NCBI GenBank assembly: GCA_963760285.1
Contig: CAVXCI010000001.1
Span: forward strand, 2,067,289 to 2,131,288
DNA length: 64,000 nucleotides
Reading direction: 5' to 3'
Source of the DNA: an uncultured Acidobacteriota bacterium
GTDB taxonomy: Bacteria; Acidobacteriota; Terriglobia; Acidiferrales; UBA7541
A program made the position numbers and the translations under genes. Below the pieces are notes generated by a model that made no database searches, was not told the DNA's origin, and saw nothing but the letters and a program-made list of their open reading frames with translations. Below, one piece after another: positions 10,003 through 20,588 of this stretch (within the stretch, counting starts at the first letter, position 1; the number at the start of each line of letters is the position of its first letter).

Positions 10003-11136
10003 GTGCTCTACTATCTCTTCGTCGTCCTTCTGCGCCCGCATTTCAGCCCGCTGAATGTTTTTCGTTACATTACCGTCCGCACGGCGCTGGCCAGCTTGAC
10101 TGCGCTCTTCCTTTCGCTGGCGCTGGGGCCCTGGGTGATTCGCCGCCTGCGCGAACTGCAGATTGGACAGTTCATCCGTGAGGAAGGCCCGGAAAGGCAC
10201 TTGGCCAAGGCTGGAACGCCCACCATGGGCGGCATTCTGATTGTGGTTTCTATTGCCGTGCCCACTTTGCTGTGGGCGAATCTACGAAGCCCTTATGCAC
10301 TGCTGGCCCTGGGCGCTACCGTGGCGTTTGCGGCCATCGGCTTTGTGGACGATTACAACAAAGTGGTTCGCAAGCGCAATCAGGGATTGACCGGTCGGCA
10401 GAAACTGTCGTTGCAAATTCTCACCTGCCTCATCGTGGGAGCGGTGCTGTTGCGCTTGCAGGCGCGCGGCGTCTACTCCACGGCGTTGAGCGTGCCGTTT
10501 TTCAAACGGCTTCATCCTGACCTGGTGATTCCCTCGCTGTGGTCGTCGCCACACCTGTGGCCGCTGGCGGTGCTGCCATTTCTGCTGTTTCTGATTCTGG
10601 TGATCGTGGGTTCGTCGAACGCCGTGAATTTGACCGACGGACTGGACGGGCTGGCGATCGGCTGCGTGCTGGTGTCCGCCGGCGCACTCACCGTGCTTAC
10701 CTACGTCACCAGCCACGCAAATTTCGCGGAGTATCTGGAAATCCAGAAACTTCCGGCGGTGAGTGAATTGACCATATTTTGCGGCTCGCTGGTGGGCGCT
10801 TCTCTGGGATTTCTCTGGTACAACGCGCATCCCGCGGAACTTTTCATGGGGGACGTGGGCTCGCTGGCGCTGGGCGGGGCCATCGGCGTGGTGGCGGTGA
10901 TTATCAAGCAGGAGATTCTCTTGCTTTCCATCGGTGGAGTTTTTGTCCTGGAAACGCTCTCGGTGATTTTTCAGGTGGGTTCGTTCAAGCTCACAGGCAA
11001 GCGCATTTTCCGCATGGCGCCCCTCCACCATCATTTCGAAATGCTGGGATGGAGCGAATCGAAAATCATCGTGCGGTTCTGGATTTTGGCGCTGGTCTTC
11101 GCACTTTTCTCGCTGACCACGTTGAAGCTGAGGTGA
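10003..11136 (+). CDS. mraY: Phospho-N-acetylmuramoyl-pentapeptide transferase
   Basis: Polytopic membrane protein with MraY motifs (NAVNLTDGLDGLA, HHHFE). GTG start two bases after the murF stop. Confidence 0.9.
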   Translation: MLYYLFVVLLRPHFSPLNVFRYITVRTALASLTALFLSLALGPWVIRRLRELQIGQFIREEGPERHLAKAGTPTMGGILIVVSIAVPTLLWANLRSPYALLALGATVAFAAIGFVDDYNKVVRKRNQGLTGRQKLSLQILTCLIVGAVLLRLQARGVYSTALSVPFFKRLHPDLVIPSLWSSPHLWPLAVLPFLLFLILVIVGSSNAVNLTDGLDGLAIGCVLVSAGALTVLTYVTSHANFAEYLEIQKLPAVSELTIFCGSLVGASLGFLWYNAHPAELFMGDVGSLALGGAIGVVAVIIKQEILLLSIGGVFVLETLSVIFQVGSFKLTGKRIFRMAPLHHHFEMLGWSESKIIVRFWILALVFALFSLTTLKLR

Positions 11137-11140
11137 GCGT

Positions 11141-12535
11141 TTGAAACCTGGCATCGAACTGGCGGGAAAGAACGTACTGGTGATCGGGCTGGCCCGGACA
11201 GGGCTGGCTACGGCGAGATTCTGCGCGGATCGCGGAGCCAAGGTCACCGCTATCGAGCGGCAGCCGGAATCCGCCGTGGCCGATGCCGCGCAGAGCCTGC
11301 GCGCGCGCGGCGTTCGTGTGGAATGCGGCGGAGATTTTCCGGAGCTTTTTGCGGGAGCGGAGTTGATCATTCCCAGTCCCGGCGTGCCCGCGAATTCGCC
11401 CGCGCTGCTGGAAGCGCGGGCCCGTGGCGCGGTAGTGTGGAGCGAAATTGAACTGGCATGGCGATTTCTGCGCGGACGCCTGGTGGGCATCACCGGATCA
11501 AACGGAAAAACCACCACCACCGCGCTGGTGGGGCACATCCTGCGGACGGCCCAGCTTCCCGTGCAGCTCGGCGGAAATATTGGCGTGCCTTTGATTTCGC
11601 TCGTGGATGAATCCACGGACGCCACTATAACCGTGGCGGAACTAAGCAGCTTCCAACTGGAGTTGGTTGACAAATTCTGCCCGGATATCGCCGTGATTCT
11701 GAATCTGACGCCTGACCATCTGGACCGCCACGCATCCTTCGAGGAGTACGCCGCCGCCAAATGGCGAATTTTTGCCAACCAGCACGAAGGCGACGCCGCG
11801 ATATTGAACGCCGATGACGAGGAAGTGGCCCGCCGGCAGCTGAATGGCCAGCGCATTTTGTGGTTCAGCCGCCAGCGGCGGGTTCCGAATGGCGCGTACA
11901 TTGGCGACAGTCAGATTGTATTGCGCGACGGTAGCGCGGGGATGCCGCTGCTGCGCTGCGATGAAATCCAGTTGCGTGGCAACCACAATCTTGAAAACGC
12001 CATGGGAGCGGCCATCGCCGCGCATCTGGCGGGCGCGTCCATCGAATTTGTAGCGGAAGGCCTGCGGACATTCACCGGCGTGGAGCATCGCCTGGAATTT
12101 CTGGCAGAAATCGCCGGCGTGCGCTTTTACAACGATTCAAAGGCGACCAATGTGGACGCAACGCTTAAAGCGCTGGACTCCTTCACCGAGCCGCTGCGCG
12201 TGATTTTAGGCGGCAAGGACAAGGGCGGCGACTACAGCGTGCTGCGCGAACCGCTGCGCCACCATGCGCGGCAAGCGCTGCTGATCGGCGCGGCGGCGGA
12301 AAAAATTGCAGCGGACATCGGCGGCGCGGTTCCCCTGGAAATGGCGGGAACCCTGGAGGGGGCCGTGGCCCGGGCGTTTGCCGCGGCGCAGCCGGGAGAC
12401 GTAGTGCTCCTTGCGCCGGCGTGCGCCAGCTTTGACCAGTTCCAGAATTTTGAACACCGCGGACACGTTTTCAAGCAGCTGGTCGCGGAGTTGAATCAGC
12501 ATGTCGCGGCGGCGGTGCCCGCCCGGAGAGGTTAA
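11141..12535 (+). CDS. murD: UDP-N-acetylmuramoylalanine--D-glutamate ligase
   Basis: Rossmann N-terminus VLVIGLARTG plus a Mur ligase core (GITGSNGKTTTT). TTG start. Confidence 0.85.
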   Translation: MKPGIELAGKNVLVIGLARTGLATARFCADRGAKVTAIERQPESAVADAAQSLRARGVRVECGGDFPELFAGAELIIPSPGVPANSPALLEARARGAVVWSEIELAWRFLRGRLVGITGSNGKTTTTALVGHILRTAQLPVQLGGNIGVPLISLVDESTDATITVAELSSFQLELVDKFCPDIAVILNLTPDHLDRHASFEEYAAAKWRIFANQHEGDAAILNADDEEVARRQLNGQRILWFSRQRRVPNGAYIGDSQIVLRDGSAGMPLLRCDEIQLRGNHNLENAMGAAIAAHLAGASIEFVAEGLRTFTGVEHRLEFLAEIAGVRFYNDSKATNVDATLKALDSFTEPLRVILGGKDKGGDYSVLREPLRHHARQALLIGAAAEKIAADIGGAVPLEMAGTLEGAVARAFAAAQPGDVVLLAPACASFDQFQNFEHRGHVFKQLVAELNQHVAAAVPARRG

Positions 12536-12538
12536 TTT

Positions 12539-13642
12539 ATGCCCCGCAGTCTGCAATATGACCGCCAGCTATTTGGCGTCACCCTGGCGCTGTGCTTCAT
12601 TGGCGCGGTGATGGTGTTTAGCGCTTCCGCGGTGATGTCCCGCGAAACGTATGGCAACGCGTATGCCTTTCTGTTTCGCCAACTCATCTGGCTGGGACTG
12701 GGCGTGGCGGGAATGCTGGTGCTGATGAACGCGGATTACCGGCGGCTGCGCCAGCCAAGGACTGTGCTGACGGCACTCTCCGTCACCATCCTGCTCTTGC
12801 TGCTGGTTTTTCTATTCGACCGCGCGCACGCTACCCACCGGTGGATTCGCTATGGCGCCATCGGCATTCAGCCATCGGAGTTCGCCAAACTTTCTGTGAT
12901 TCTTTATTTGGCCTGGTTTCTGGAGTCCCGCAGCCGCCAGCCCGGCTTCAATATTAACGATGTGCGGCGAACGCTGGCGCCCGCCCTGGGGCCGATCTTA
13001 CTCATTATGGTGCTGGTCCTCATCGAACCGGATATGGGGACTGCGGCCATGCTGCTCTTCGTGGCTATGGCCATGCTTTTCGTCATGGGATTCTCGCTGC
13101 GGTACCTTTTTGGCGCGATCCTGGCGGCTATTCCCATTGTTTATCTGCTGATTGTGCGCGTGCCTTACCGCTATGCCCGCATGATGGCGTTTCTTTTTCC
13201 CAGCACCGATCCGCAGGGCCGGGGGTTTCAGCTGATTCAATCGCTTATCGCCGTAGGGTCCGGCGGGCTGACGGGCGTGGGATTGATGGACAGCCGGCAG
13301 AAACTTTTCTACCTGCCGGAAGCGCACACGGATTTCATTTTTGCGGTCCTATCCGAGGAACTGGGCTTCATCGGCGCGCTGATTGTGGTGGCGCTTTTCG
13401 CCTGGTATGCCTGGCGCGGCCTGCGCACGGCGTGGCGCGCGCCAGACCAGTTCGGCCGCCTGCTGGCGCTGGGCATCACCGTACTGGTAGCTGGCCAGGC
13501 GCTCATCAATTTAAGCGTGGTGCTCGGCCTAATGCCCACAAAGGGGATTCCGCTGCCGTTCATCAGCTATGGCGGCTCCAGTTTGCTGGTGATGCTGCTG
13601 GCCACCGGCGTTCTGTTGAATATCAGCCAGCATGCCGAGTGA
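12539..13642 (+). CDS. ftsW: Peptidoglycan glycosyltransferase FtsW (SEDS family)
   Basis: 10-TM SEDS protein with PSEFAK and LPTKGIPLPFISYGGSS motifs. Confidence 0.85.
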   Translation: MPRSLQYDRQLFGVTLALCFIGAVMVFSASAVMSRETYGNAYAFLFRQLIWLGLGVAGMLVLMNADYRRLRQPRTVLTALSVTILLLLLVFLFDRAHATHRWIRYGAIGIQPSEFAKLSVILYLAWFLESRSRQPGFNINDVRRTLAPALGPILLIMVLVLIEPDMGTAAMLLFVAMAMLFVMGFSLRYLFGAILAAIPIVYLLIVRVPYRYARMMAFLFPSTDPQGRGFQLIQSLIAVGSGGLTGVGLMDSRQKLFYLPEAHTDFIFAVLSEELGFIGALIVVALFAWYAWRGLRTAWRAPDQFGRLLALGITVLVAGQALINLSVVLGLMPTKGIPLPFISYGGSSLLVMLLATGVLLNISQHAE

Positions 13643-13655
13643 GAAGTGCGGGTCC

Positions 13656-14738
13656 ATGAAATTATTAATCGCCGGCGGCGGAACGGGCGGGCATGTTTTC
13701 CCTGCTCTGGAAGTGGCGCGCGCCTGGCGGCGACTGGGTGAGGAGCAGGGCAGGGAATATAGCGTTACATTCGTCGGCACGGCGCGCGGCCTGGAAACCC
13801 GCCTCGTCCCCGCCGCGGGATTCCCGCTGGAATTGATTCGCGCCGCGGGATTAAAGGGCATCGCGGGCCTGCGATTCTGGCGCAACGCTTCCAGTCTTCT
13901 GCCCGGATTTTTGGATTCAATATCCATCTTGCGGAAGCATCGTCCGCATGTGGCGCTGGGAATGGGCGGCTACGCATCTGGTCCGCTGATGCTGGCCGCG
14001 GTTATGAGGAGAACAGCTACGGCAATATTTGAACCCAATATGGAGCCGGGATTCACGAACCGCGTTCTCGCGGGAATGGTGACTCGCGTGGCCACCGCCT
14101 TTCCTCCCACGGCGGAGCGCTGGGGTTCGCGCGCGGAGGTGACCGGCTGTCCGGTGCGCGCGGAGTTTTTTCAGATTGCCGGGAAGGAGCACCGTCCGCC
14201 ATTTTGCATCTTGATCACCGGCGGCAGCCAGGGCGCGTCGCCTGTTAACAAAGTTATTATTGATTCTCTGCCAAACCTAGAATTCCTGCGGGAGCAGCTT
14301 TTTCTGGTGCATCAAACCGGGGAGCGCGACTATAATGCCGTCCGCACCGCGTATGACCGGCACGGCTTTCAGGCGGAGGTCTTACCGTTTATCGCCGGCA
14401 TGGCGGAGCGCTTCGCTCAGGCCGACCTTATTATTTGTCGCGCCGGAGCCATCACCGCGGCGGAAGTAGCAGCCGCGGGTCGCGCCGCGATTTTTATTCC
14501 GTTCGGAGCCGCCACCGACGCTCATCAGCTGGTCAATGCCCAATGGCTTCATAGTTGTGGCGCGGGTCGCGTAATCCCGCAAGACTGCCTGACACCGGAG
14601 CGTTTGGTGAAGGAGATCACCTCGCTCCTCGGTCAGCCAGCCGGGATGCGCGATATGGAGCGGCGCGTACACGCCTTCGCCAACCCGCGGGCAGCTTTCA
14701 ACATCGCCCAAATGCTCCAAAGAATCGCCCGGCCATGA
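13656..14738 (+). CDS. murG: Undecaprenyldiphospho-muramoylpentapeptide beta-N-acetylglucosaminyltransferase
   Basis: GT28 family with the GGGTGGHVFPAL N-terminus. Confidence 0.9.
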   Translation: MKLLIAGGGTGGHVFPALEVARAWRRLGEEQGREYSVTFVGTARGLETRLVPAAGFPLELIRAAGLKGIAGLRFWRNASSLLPGFLDSISILRKHRPHVALGMGGYASGPLMLAAVMRRTATAIFEPNMEPGFTNRVLAGMVTRVATAFPPTAERWGSRAEVTGCPVRAEFFQIAGKEHRPPFCILITGGSQGASPVNKVIIDSLPNLEFLREQLFLVHQTGERDYNAVRTAYDRHGFQAEVLPFIAGMAERFAQADLIICRAGAITAAEVAAAGRAAIFIPFGAATDAHQLVNAQWLHSCGAGRVIPQDCLTPERLVKEITSLLGQPAGMRDMERRVHAFANPRAAFNIAQMLQRIARP

Positions 14739-16141
14739 CATTCACATTTCGCAACTTTCAACGCGTCCATTTTGTAGGCATCGGCGGCACCGGCATGAGC
14801 GGCATCGCCGAAGTGCTGCTGTCCCTTGGTTACTCCGTTTCCGGCTCGGATCTGCGCGCCACCGCTGTCACCCAGCGCCTGCGCAACCTGGGCGCGGCGG
14901 TGTATGAAGGGCATAGCGAGGAAAACGTCCACGGCGCCCACGTGGTGGTGGCCTCCTCCGCCGTCCGCCTGGAAAATCCGGAGCTGGCGGAAGCGCACCG
15001 TTTGAAAATTCCCATCATTCCGCGGGCCGAAATGCTGGCGGAATTGATGCGGCTGAAATGCGGCATTGCCGTGGCGGGCGCGCACGGGAAAACCACCACT
15101 ACCTCGCTGATCGCCAGCGTGCTGGCGGCAGCCGATTTGGACCCCACCTTCGTCGTGGGCGGCCGGTTGAACCACGCCGGGACGGGCGGACGTCTGGGCC
15201 AGGGCGAATACATGGTGGTGGAAGCGGATGAAAGCGACCGCTCCTTCCTGCTGTTGAATCCCGTCGTCGCCGTGGTGACCACCATTGATCGCGAGCACTT
15301 GGACCAGTACTCCTCGCTGGCGGACATCCAGCAAGCCTTCATTCAGTTCGTCAACCGCGTGCCGTTTTATGGCGTGGCCGTGCTGTGCATGGATGATCCC
15401 AGCGTGCAGGCGATTACTCCGCGCGTGAAGCGGCCGGTGATGACCTATGGCCTTTCCAGCCAGGCGGACGTGCTCATCACTGATGTGCGTCCCCTCAGCA
15501 TGGGCAGTGAGTTTCGGTTGTCGCACCATGGCGAGGACCTGGGCATTTTCCGTTTGCCCACCCCGCCGGGACTCCACAACGTGCGCAATGCCGCCGCCGC
15601 CGTGGCCGTTGGACTGCATCTGAATCTGCCGATCGAATTGATTCGCCTGGGCCTGGCGCGCTTTGGCGGCGTGGGACGCCGCTTTGAAGTGAAGGGGCCT
15701 TTCAATGGAGTCACATTAGTAGATGATTACGGCCACCACCCCGCGGAAATACGCGCCACCCTGCGCGCCGCCCGGGACTGCAATTTCAAGCGGCTGCTGG
15801 TTCTCTTCCAGCCGCACCGCTATTCCCGCACGCAGCATCTTTGGGATGACTTCTCCCGGGCTTTCAACCACGCGGATCTTCTGGTGGTAACGGACATCTA
15901 TCCGGCGGGCGAGCAGCCCATTCCCGGCATTACCGGCGCCGCGCTGGCCGAAGCAATCCTTGACGCGGGGCACCGACACGTGTTCTATATGCAGTCTATG
16001 CAGGACGCGATTGAATTCCTCCTCCGCGAGGCGCGTCCCGGCGATGCCGTGATGGCCATAGGCGCCGGGAGCGTGGGCCGCGCGCTGGAACAGCTTGCGT
16101 TGCTGCTGGGGGCACAGGTACCGACGGCGCATGCGGATTAG
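14735..16141 (+). CDS. murC: UDP-N-acetylmuramate--L-alanine ligase
   Basis: HFVGIGGTGMSGIAEVL N-terminus and GAHGKTTTTS P-loop. ATGA overlap with the murG stop. The ORF track's upstream 60-aa extension reads through the murG 3' end and is not real. Confidence 0.9.
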   Translation: MTFTFRNFQRVHFVGIGGTGMSGIAEVLLSLGYSVSGSDLRATAVTQRLRNLGAAVYEGHSEENVHGAHVVVASSAVRLENPELAEAHRLKIPIIPRAEMLAELMRLKCGIAVAGAHGKTTTTSLIASVLAAADLDPTFVVGGRLNHAGTGGRLGQGEYMVVEADESDRSFLLLNPVVAVVTTIDREHLDQYSSLADIQQAFIQFVNRVPFYGVAVLCMDDPSVQAITPRVKRPVMTYGLSSQADVLITDVRPLSMGSEFRLSHHGEDLGIFRLPTPPGLHNVRNAAAAVAVGLHLNLPIELIRLGLARFGGVGRRFEVKGPFNGVTLVDDYGHHPAEIRATLRAARDCNFKRLLVLFQPHRYSRTQHLWDDFSRAFNHADLLVVTDIYPAGEQPIPGITGAALAEAILDAGHRHVFYMQSMQDAIEFLLREARPGDAVMAIGAGSVGRALEQLALLLGAQVPTAHAD

Positions 16142-17039
16142 CCATCTGCCGATAGCCGGCCCGCTCCAGGAGATGGGGGCGGAGTTTCGTCCTCAGTCTT
16201 CCCTCGCCGAACTTACTTCACTGGGCATCGGTGGAACCACCGATCGCCTGCTCATCCGTCGTTACGAGAATATTCCGCGCATTCTTGGATTGCTCGATGA
16301 AGCCGATATTCCACACCGCCTTCTGGGTGGTGGAACGAATCTTCTGGTGGCGGACGGAGAATTACCCTGGGTGGTGGTGCAACTGCCGCCTGCTCATCCC
16401 GGCGTGCGCGTCGAAGGGAATTTTGCGTATGTGGACGCGGCGGCCGATCTCGGCGGCACGGTGACGTTTTGTGCGCGCCATGATTTGGGTGGGATGGAAG
16501 GATTGATTGGCGTCCCCGGCTCGATTGGCGGGGCGTTGCGCATGAATGCCGGGGCTTACGGCATGCAGATTGGCAGCTATGTCCGCGAGGTGCAGATTTA
16601 TCGCCGGGCCACGCGCGCGCTGGAAACGCTGCGCGGCGATGACGTCCATTTCGAATACCGTCACACATCCTTTGCTCCGGATGACGTGATGCTGCGCGTA
16701 ACGCTGGAGCTTCCCTCGCGCCCTTACCGGGAAATCGTGGAAGGAATTCGCGTCTGCAACGTGAAGCGCCGCGCCAGTCAGCCGCTGAACCAGAAAAGCG
16801 CCGGCTGCATTTTCAAGAATCCGCCGGGCGGCTCCGCGGGACGTATGCTGGACGAACTGGGGCTGAAGGGATTTCATGTGGGTGATGCCACGGTAAGCGA
16901 CCGCCACGCCAATTTTTTCGTCAATGCCGGAAAGGCCACCTGCGCGGACATGCTGGCGCTGATAGAGACCGTCCGGCGGCGCGTGCATGGCGCTTACGGC
17001 TTGGAGCTTGAGAACGAGGTGATCCTCTGGCAAAACTGA
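16131..17039 (+). CDS. murB: UDP-N-acetylenolpyruvoylglucosamine reductase
   Basis: FAD-binding MurB fold (LGIGGTTDRL...GGGTNLLV), overlapping the murC stop. Confidence 0.85.
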   Translation: MRISHLPIAGPLQEMGAEFRPQSSLAELTSLGIGGTTDRLLIRRYENIPRILGLLDEADIPHRLLGGGTNLLVADGELPWVVVQLPPAHPGVRVEGNFAYVDAAADLGGTVTFCARHDLGGMEGLIGVPGSIGGALRMNAGAYGMQIGSYVREVQIYRRATRALETLRGDDVHFEYRHTSFAPDDVMLRVTLELPSRPYREIVEGIRVCNVKRRASQPLNQKSAGCIFKNPPGGSAGRMLDELGLKGFHVGDATVSDRHANFFVNAGKATCADMLALIETVRRRVHGAYGLELENEVILWQN

Positions 17040-17044
17040 GAAAC

Positions 17045-17974
17045 ATGCCGGCTGGCGGTTATCCTCCCGACGCCTTTATGGAGGAAGAGCCGCGCTATCT
17101 GCGCCGGCAAAAGCCGGTGGAGATCAAGCGCCGGAAATTCGGCGGGCGCGCCTGGCGCACTTATTTTCGCGCGTCCTACCTGGCGGCGCTGGGCGTTACG
17201 ATTGCATTTATTTTGGGGTTCGGCGTCCATTTCTTTCTCTTCTCGCCGCGTTTTCTGCTGGAGCATCCGTCGCAGATTTCAGTCAGCGGCAACACATACG
17301 TTTCCACCGCCAGCGTCCTGGAAATTTTTACGCCGGACCGCGGCCGCAGCATTTTGCGCGTTCCGCTGGACCAGCGGCGCAGCCAGATTGAAGCCATTCC
17401 CTGGGTGGACCAGGCTGTGGTTCGGCGCACGCTTCCCAACCATCTCTCCGTGGAAATTCACGAGCGCACGCCGGTGGCCTCGCTGCGCCTGGGGACGGGG
17501 CTGTCCTTGATTGACGCCGACGGTGTGATTTTGGACCGCCCGTTGCAAGGCAATTTTCATTTTCCTGCCATCACCGGCCTGGTGCCGGAAATGCCGCGCG
17601 CGGAACGCAGCCAGCGTGTCCACATGATGCTGGATTTTCTGCAACAGATTGACATGGCGCGCCCCGGTTCCAGCAATCGCGTCAGCGAAGCGGACCTTTC
17701 GGACGCCGCGGACGTCCGCGTGACTTTCGCGCGCCTGGCCGACCTCGATCCTGCCTCTGCAACTGACCCGCGCCAGACGGGCGCAGTCGTGATAGAGTTC
17801 GGTGACCGGGATTTTCAGGACAAGTTTCGCATGCTGCTCGAAAACCTGGAGCAGTGGCGCGCCACGGTCGGAAAAATTGAGGCAGTGGACATTCGGTTCG
17901 GCCGCGAAGCGGTGGTGAACCCGCAGTCTGCCAATGTGTCCGCCGCGGCGCAGGGCAGCGCGCAGAAGCCATGA
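17045..17974 (+). CDS. ftsQ: Cell division protein FtsQ/DivIB
   Basis: Single TM helix followed by a POTRA-like domain, sitting between murB and ftsA. Confidence 0.75.
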   Translation: MPAGGYPPDAFMEEEPRYLRRQKPVEIKRRKFGGRAWRTYFRASYLAALGVTIAFILGFGVHFFLFSPRFLLEHPSQISVSGNTYVSTASVLEIFTPDRGRSILRVPLDQRRSQIEAIPWVDQAVVRRTLPNHLSVEIHERTPVASLRLGTGLSLIDADGVILDRPLQGNFHFPAITGLVPEMPRAERSQRVHMMLDFLQQIDMARPGSSNRVSEADLSDAADVRVTFARLADLDPASATDPRQTGAVVIEFGDRDFQDKFRMLLENLEQWRATVGKIEAVDIRFGREAVVNPQSANVSAAAQGSAQKP

Positions 17975-18032
17975 TTCCCGGCGCGGTCCTGGCCGCCCCG
18001 GCGTTTGCGCAATTTTGAAGGAGCAGGAGTTT

Positions 18033-19238
18033 TTGGGCCGCAAAAATCACTTCATCGTCGGACTGGATATTGGCACCACCAAAACCTGCGCCCTCATTGT
18101 CGAACCTCAGGGTGACAGCCTTCGTTTCCTCGCTTTCGGCGCCGCGGAATCCCGCGGCTGGCGCCGGGGACAAATCATCAATCTCGATCTGGCGGTAACT
18201 TCCATCCGCCACGCCGTGGAAGCGGCGGAAAGTGAAGCGGGGTTTCCCGTGGAGTCCGCGCTGATTGGCGTGGCAGGCAACCACGTGCGCGGGCTCAATA
18301 GCCGCGGCGGGATTTCGCTGGGCCGGCGGCCGCGCGACGTGCAGCGCGAAGACGTGCGCCGGTCCGTGGACGCGGCGCGGAACGTCACGCTTCCGGAAGA
18401 CCGCGAAATTCTTCACGTTCTCCCGCAGGAGTTTCTTCTCGATTCACAGGATGGCATCCGCGAGCCCGTCGGCATGGTGGGCCAGCGCCTGGAGGCCAAC
18501 GTTCACATCGTCACTTCTTCCGCCACGGCCACGCAGAATGTGGTCACGGCGGTAAATCGTGCTGGCGTGGTGGTTAGCGATACCGTCCTGGAGCCCCTGG
18601 CTTCCGCCGAGGCCTGCCTGACGCAGGATGAACGCGACTTGGGCTGCTGTCTCCTGGATTTCGGCGGTGGCACCACCGAGCTGATTGTTTACACCGGCGG
18701 AGTGGTCCGCCACACCGCCGCGTTTCCCGTGGGCGGCGACCATTTCACCAATGACCTTGCCGTGGGCCTGCGGACGCCCATGCCGGACGCCGAGCGCGTG
18801 AAATGCGAGCACGCCTCCGCATGGCATGGCGTGTTTCCTGACGGAACGGAGATTGAAGTCGCCAGCGTGGGCGACCGTCCTCCGCGGACGGTGCTGGCGC
18901 GCTCCATCGCGGAAATCACTGAAGCGCGCGCGCAGGAACTGCTGCTGCTGGTCCGCGAAGAGCTTCGCCGCGCTGGCCTGGATACGCAAATCCCCGCCGG
19001 AATAGTCCTCACCGGAGGAGCGGCGCAATTGCGCGGACTGGAAGATCTGGCGGTGGAAGTGTTCGCGCTGCCGGTGCGGCTCGCGTCACCGCAGGGCATT
19101 GATGGTCTGGACGGCAAGTTGAACAGCCCGGAATATTCCGCGGCGGTGGGACTGGTCCTTTATGGAGCGCGCATGCGCCGCCTGGCCTCGGAGAATGGCA
19201 ACGGCGGAGGCTGGTGGCGCGGGATTTTTGGTTCGTAG
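18033..19238 (+). CDS. ftsA: Cell division protein FtsA
   Basis: Actin-fold N-terminus IVGLDIGTTKTCALIV. TTG start 9 nt after an AAGGAG Shine-Dalgarno sequence. The longer ORF from 17934 overlaps ftsQ and lacks a plausible start. Confidence 0.85.
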   Translation: MGRKNHFIVGLDIGTTKTCALIVEPQGDSLRFLAFGAAESRGWRRGQIINLDLAVTSIRHAVEAAESEAGFPVESALIGVAGNHVRGLNSRGGISLGRRPRDVQREDVRRSVDAARNVTLPEDREILHVLPQEFLLDSQDGIREPVGMVGQRLEANVHIVTSSATATQNVVTAVNRAGVVVSDTVLEPLASAEACLTQDERDLGCCLLDFGGGTTELIVYTGGVVRHTAAFPVGGDHFTNDLAVGLRTPMPDAERVKCEHASAWHGVFPDGTEIEVASVGDRPPRTVLARSIAEITEARAQELLLLVREELRRAGLDTQIPAGIVLTGGAAQLRGLEDLAVEVFALPVRLASPQGIDGLDGKLNSPEYSAAVGLVLYGARMRRLASENGNGGGWWRGIFGS

Positions 19239-19305
19239 GGCGCGGCGCTGCGGGCTGCGAGGCGGGAAGAAAGTTTAGTGCTGTGATTCATATTCGGGAG
19301 GGCGC

Positions 19306-20514
19306 ATGACGCCAAAGGAAACACCGATTCGCGTTTCATTCACTGACGATTCGCTCAGCGGGGCGAAAATCAAAGTCATCGGTGTGGGTGGCGGCGGGAC
19401 CAACGCCGTCAACCGCATGATCAAGGCCAAAGTGGAAGGCGTGGAGTTCATCGCCGCCAACACGGACCTGCAGGCGCTGAAACTTTCCCAGGCGCCGCTC
19501 AAGCTGCAACTGGGCGGCAAACTCACCAAGGGTCTTGGCGCTGGCGCCAATCCCGAGATCGGCCGCAAGGCCGCGCTGGAAGACACCGAAAAAATCCTCG
19601 AAGCCCTCGACGGCGCGGACATGGTGTTCGTCACCTCCGGCCTCGGCGGCGGCACGGGCAGCGGCGCCGCGCCTGTGGTGGCCAATCTGGCCAGCGAACT
19701 GGGCGCGCTCACCGTGGCCGTGGTCACCAAGCCGTTTTCTTTTGAAGGCAAGCGCCGCATGTTGCAGGCCGAGCAGGCATTGAATGACCTGGTGGCCTGC
19801 GTGGACACGGTCATCGTGATTCCCAACGAGCGCCTTCTGGAATGCGTGGAGCACGGCACCAGTTTCTTCGAAGCGTTCCGCATCGCTGACGACATTCTGC
19901 GCCAGGCGGTGCAGGGCATCAGCGACATCATCACCGTTCCCGGCATCATCAACCGCGATTTTGCGGACGTAAAAACCATCATGCACGGCCAGGGCTACGC
20001 GGTGATGGGCACGGCCGTGGCCTCCGGCGCCAACCGCGCCATTGACGCCGCCACCCGCGCTATCAACAGCCCGCTGCTGGAAGATAATTGCATCCAGGGT
20101 GCGCAGGGCATTCTCATCAACGTCACCGGCTCGCCCAGCCTCACGCTGCACGAGGTGCATGAGGCATCTTCGGTGATCGAGAAGGCCGCGCACGAAAACG
20201 CCAATATTATTTTCGGCGCGGTGCTGGACGAATCGCTGAAGGAGTCCGTGAAAATCACCGTCATCGCCGCGGGCTTCCGCGAAGTGGGGCAGAGAAAAGG
20301 CCAGCCCACGCGCCAGTCTTACATGCCCAAGACGTGGAAGGCCGGCCGCGAACCCGGCGAAACAGAGCGCGAGCAGGAGACGGAGCAGGAAATCCGGGCG
20401 CAGCGTCCCGCGCCCATCACCACTCCGCAGCCCACGCAGGTGATTCAGGAAGTGCGCACCGACGATCTCGATGTGCCCACGTTTCTTCGCCGCCAGGCGG
20501 CCCAGAAGGCCTGA
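19306..20514 (+). CDS. ftsZ: Cell division GTPase FtsZ
   Basis: [17 protein letters not shown] and the [13 protein letters not shown] tubulin signature, with a disordered C-terminal linker and tail ([11 protein letters not shown]). Good SD (GGGAGGG). Confidence 0.95.
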   Translation: MTPKETPIRVSFTDDSLSGAKIKVIGVGGGGTNAVNRMIKAKVEGVEFIAANTDLQALKLSQAPLKLQLGGKLTKGLGAGANPEIGRKAALEDTEKILEALDGADMVFVTSGLGGGTGSGAAPVVANLASELGALTVAVVTKPFSFEGKRRMLQAEQALNDLVACVDTVIVIPNERLLECVEHGTSFFEAFRIADDILRQAVQGISDIITVPGIINRDFADVKTIMHGQGYAVMGTAVASGANRAIDAATRAINSPLLEDNCIQGAQGILINVTGSPSLTLHEVHEASSVIEKAAHENANIIFGAVLDESLKESVKITVIAAGFREVGQRKGQPTRQSYMPKTWKAGREPGETEREQETEQEIRAQRPAPITTPQPTQVIQEVRTDDLDVPTFLRRQAAQKA

Positions 20515-20588
20515 GCGGAAACAATGTCGTCCGAAAAAGCGCGGTTTGTATAGTACAGGCCAGCCTGCGCCGCGGCAGGTTTAGCGAG

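Noticed and set aside
10282-11901. 539-aa minus-strand ORF antisense to mraY and murD, with similar long antisense ORFs at 7803-8852, 26967-28046, 40561-42894 and 49046-50110
   Set aside because: These are shadow ORFs typical of high-GC DNA. They overlap confidently assigned sense genes and have Arg/Ala/Gly-rich low-complexity translations.
20334-20588. Long 227-aa version of the JAMM ORF starting inside ftsZ
   Set aside because: The first 85 codons are the +1 frame of the ftsZ 3' end and are Arg/Ala/His-rich. The conserved JAMM domain begins at MPDSVAVMSRV (ATG 20589).
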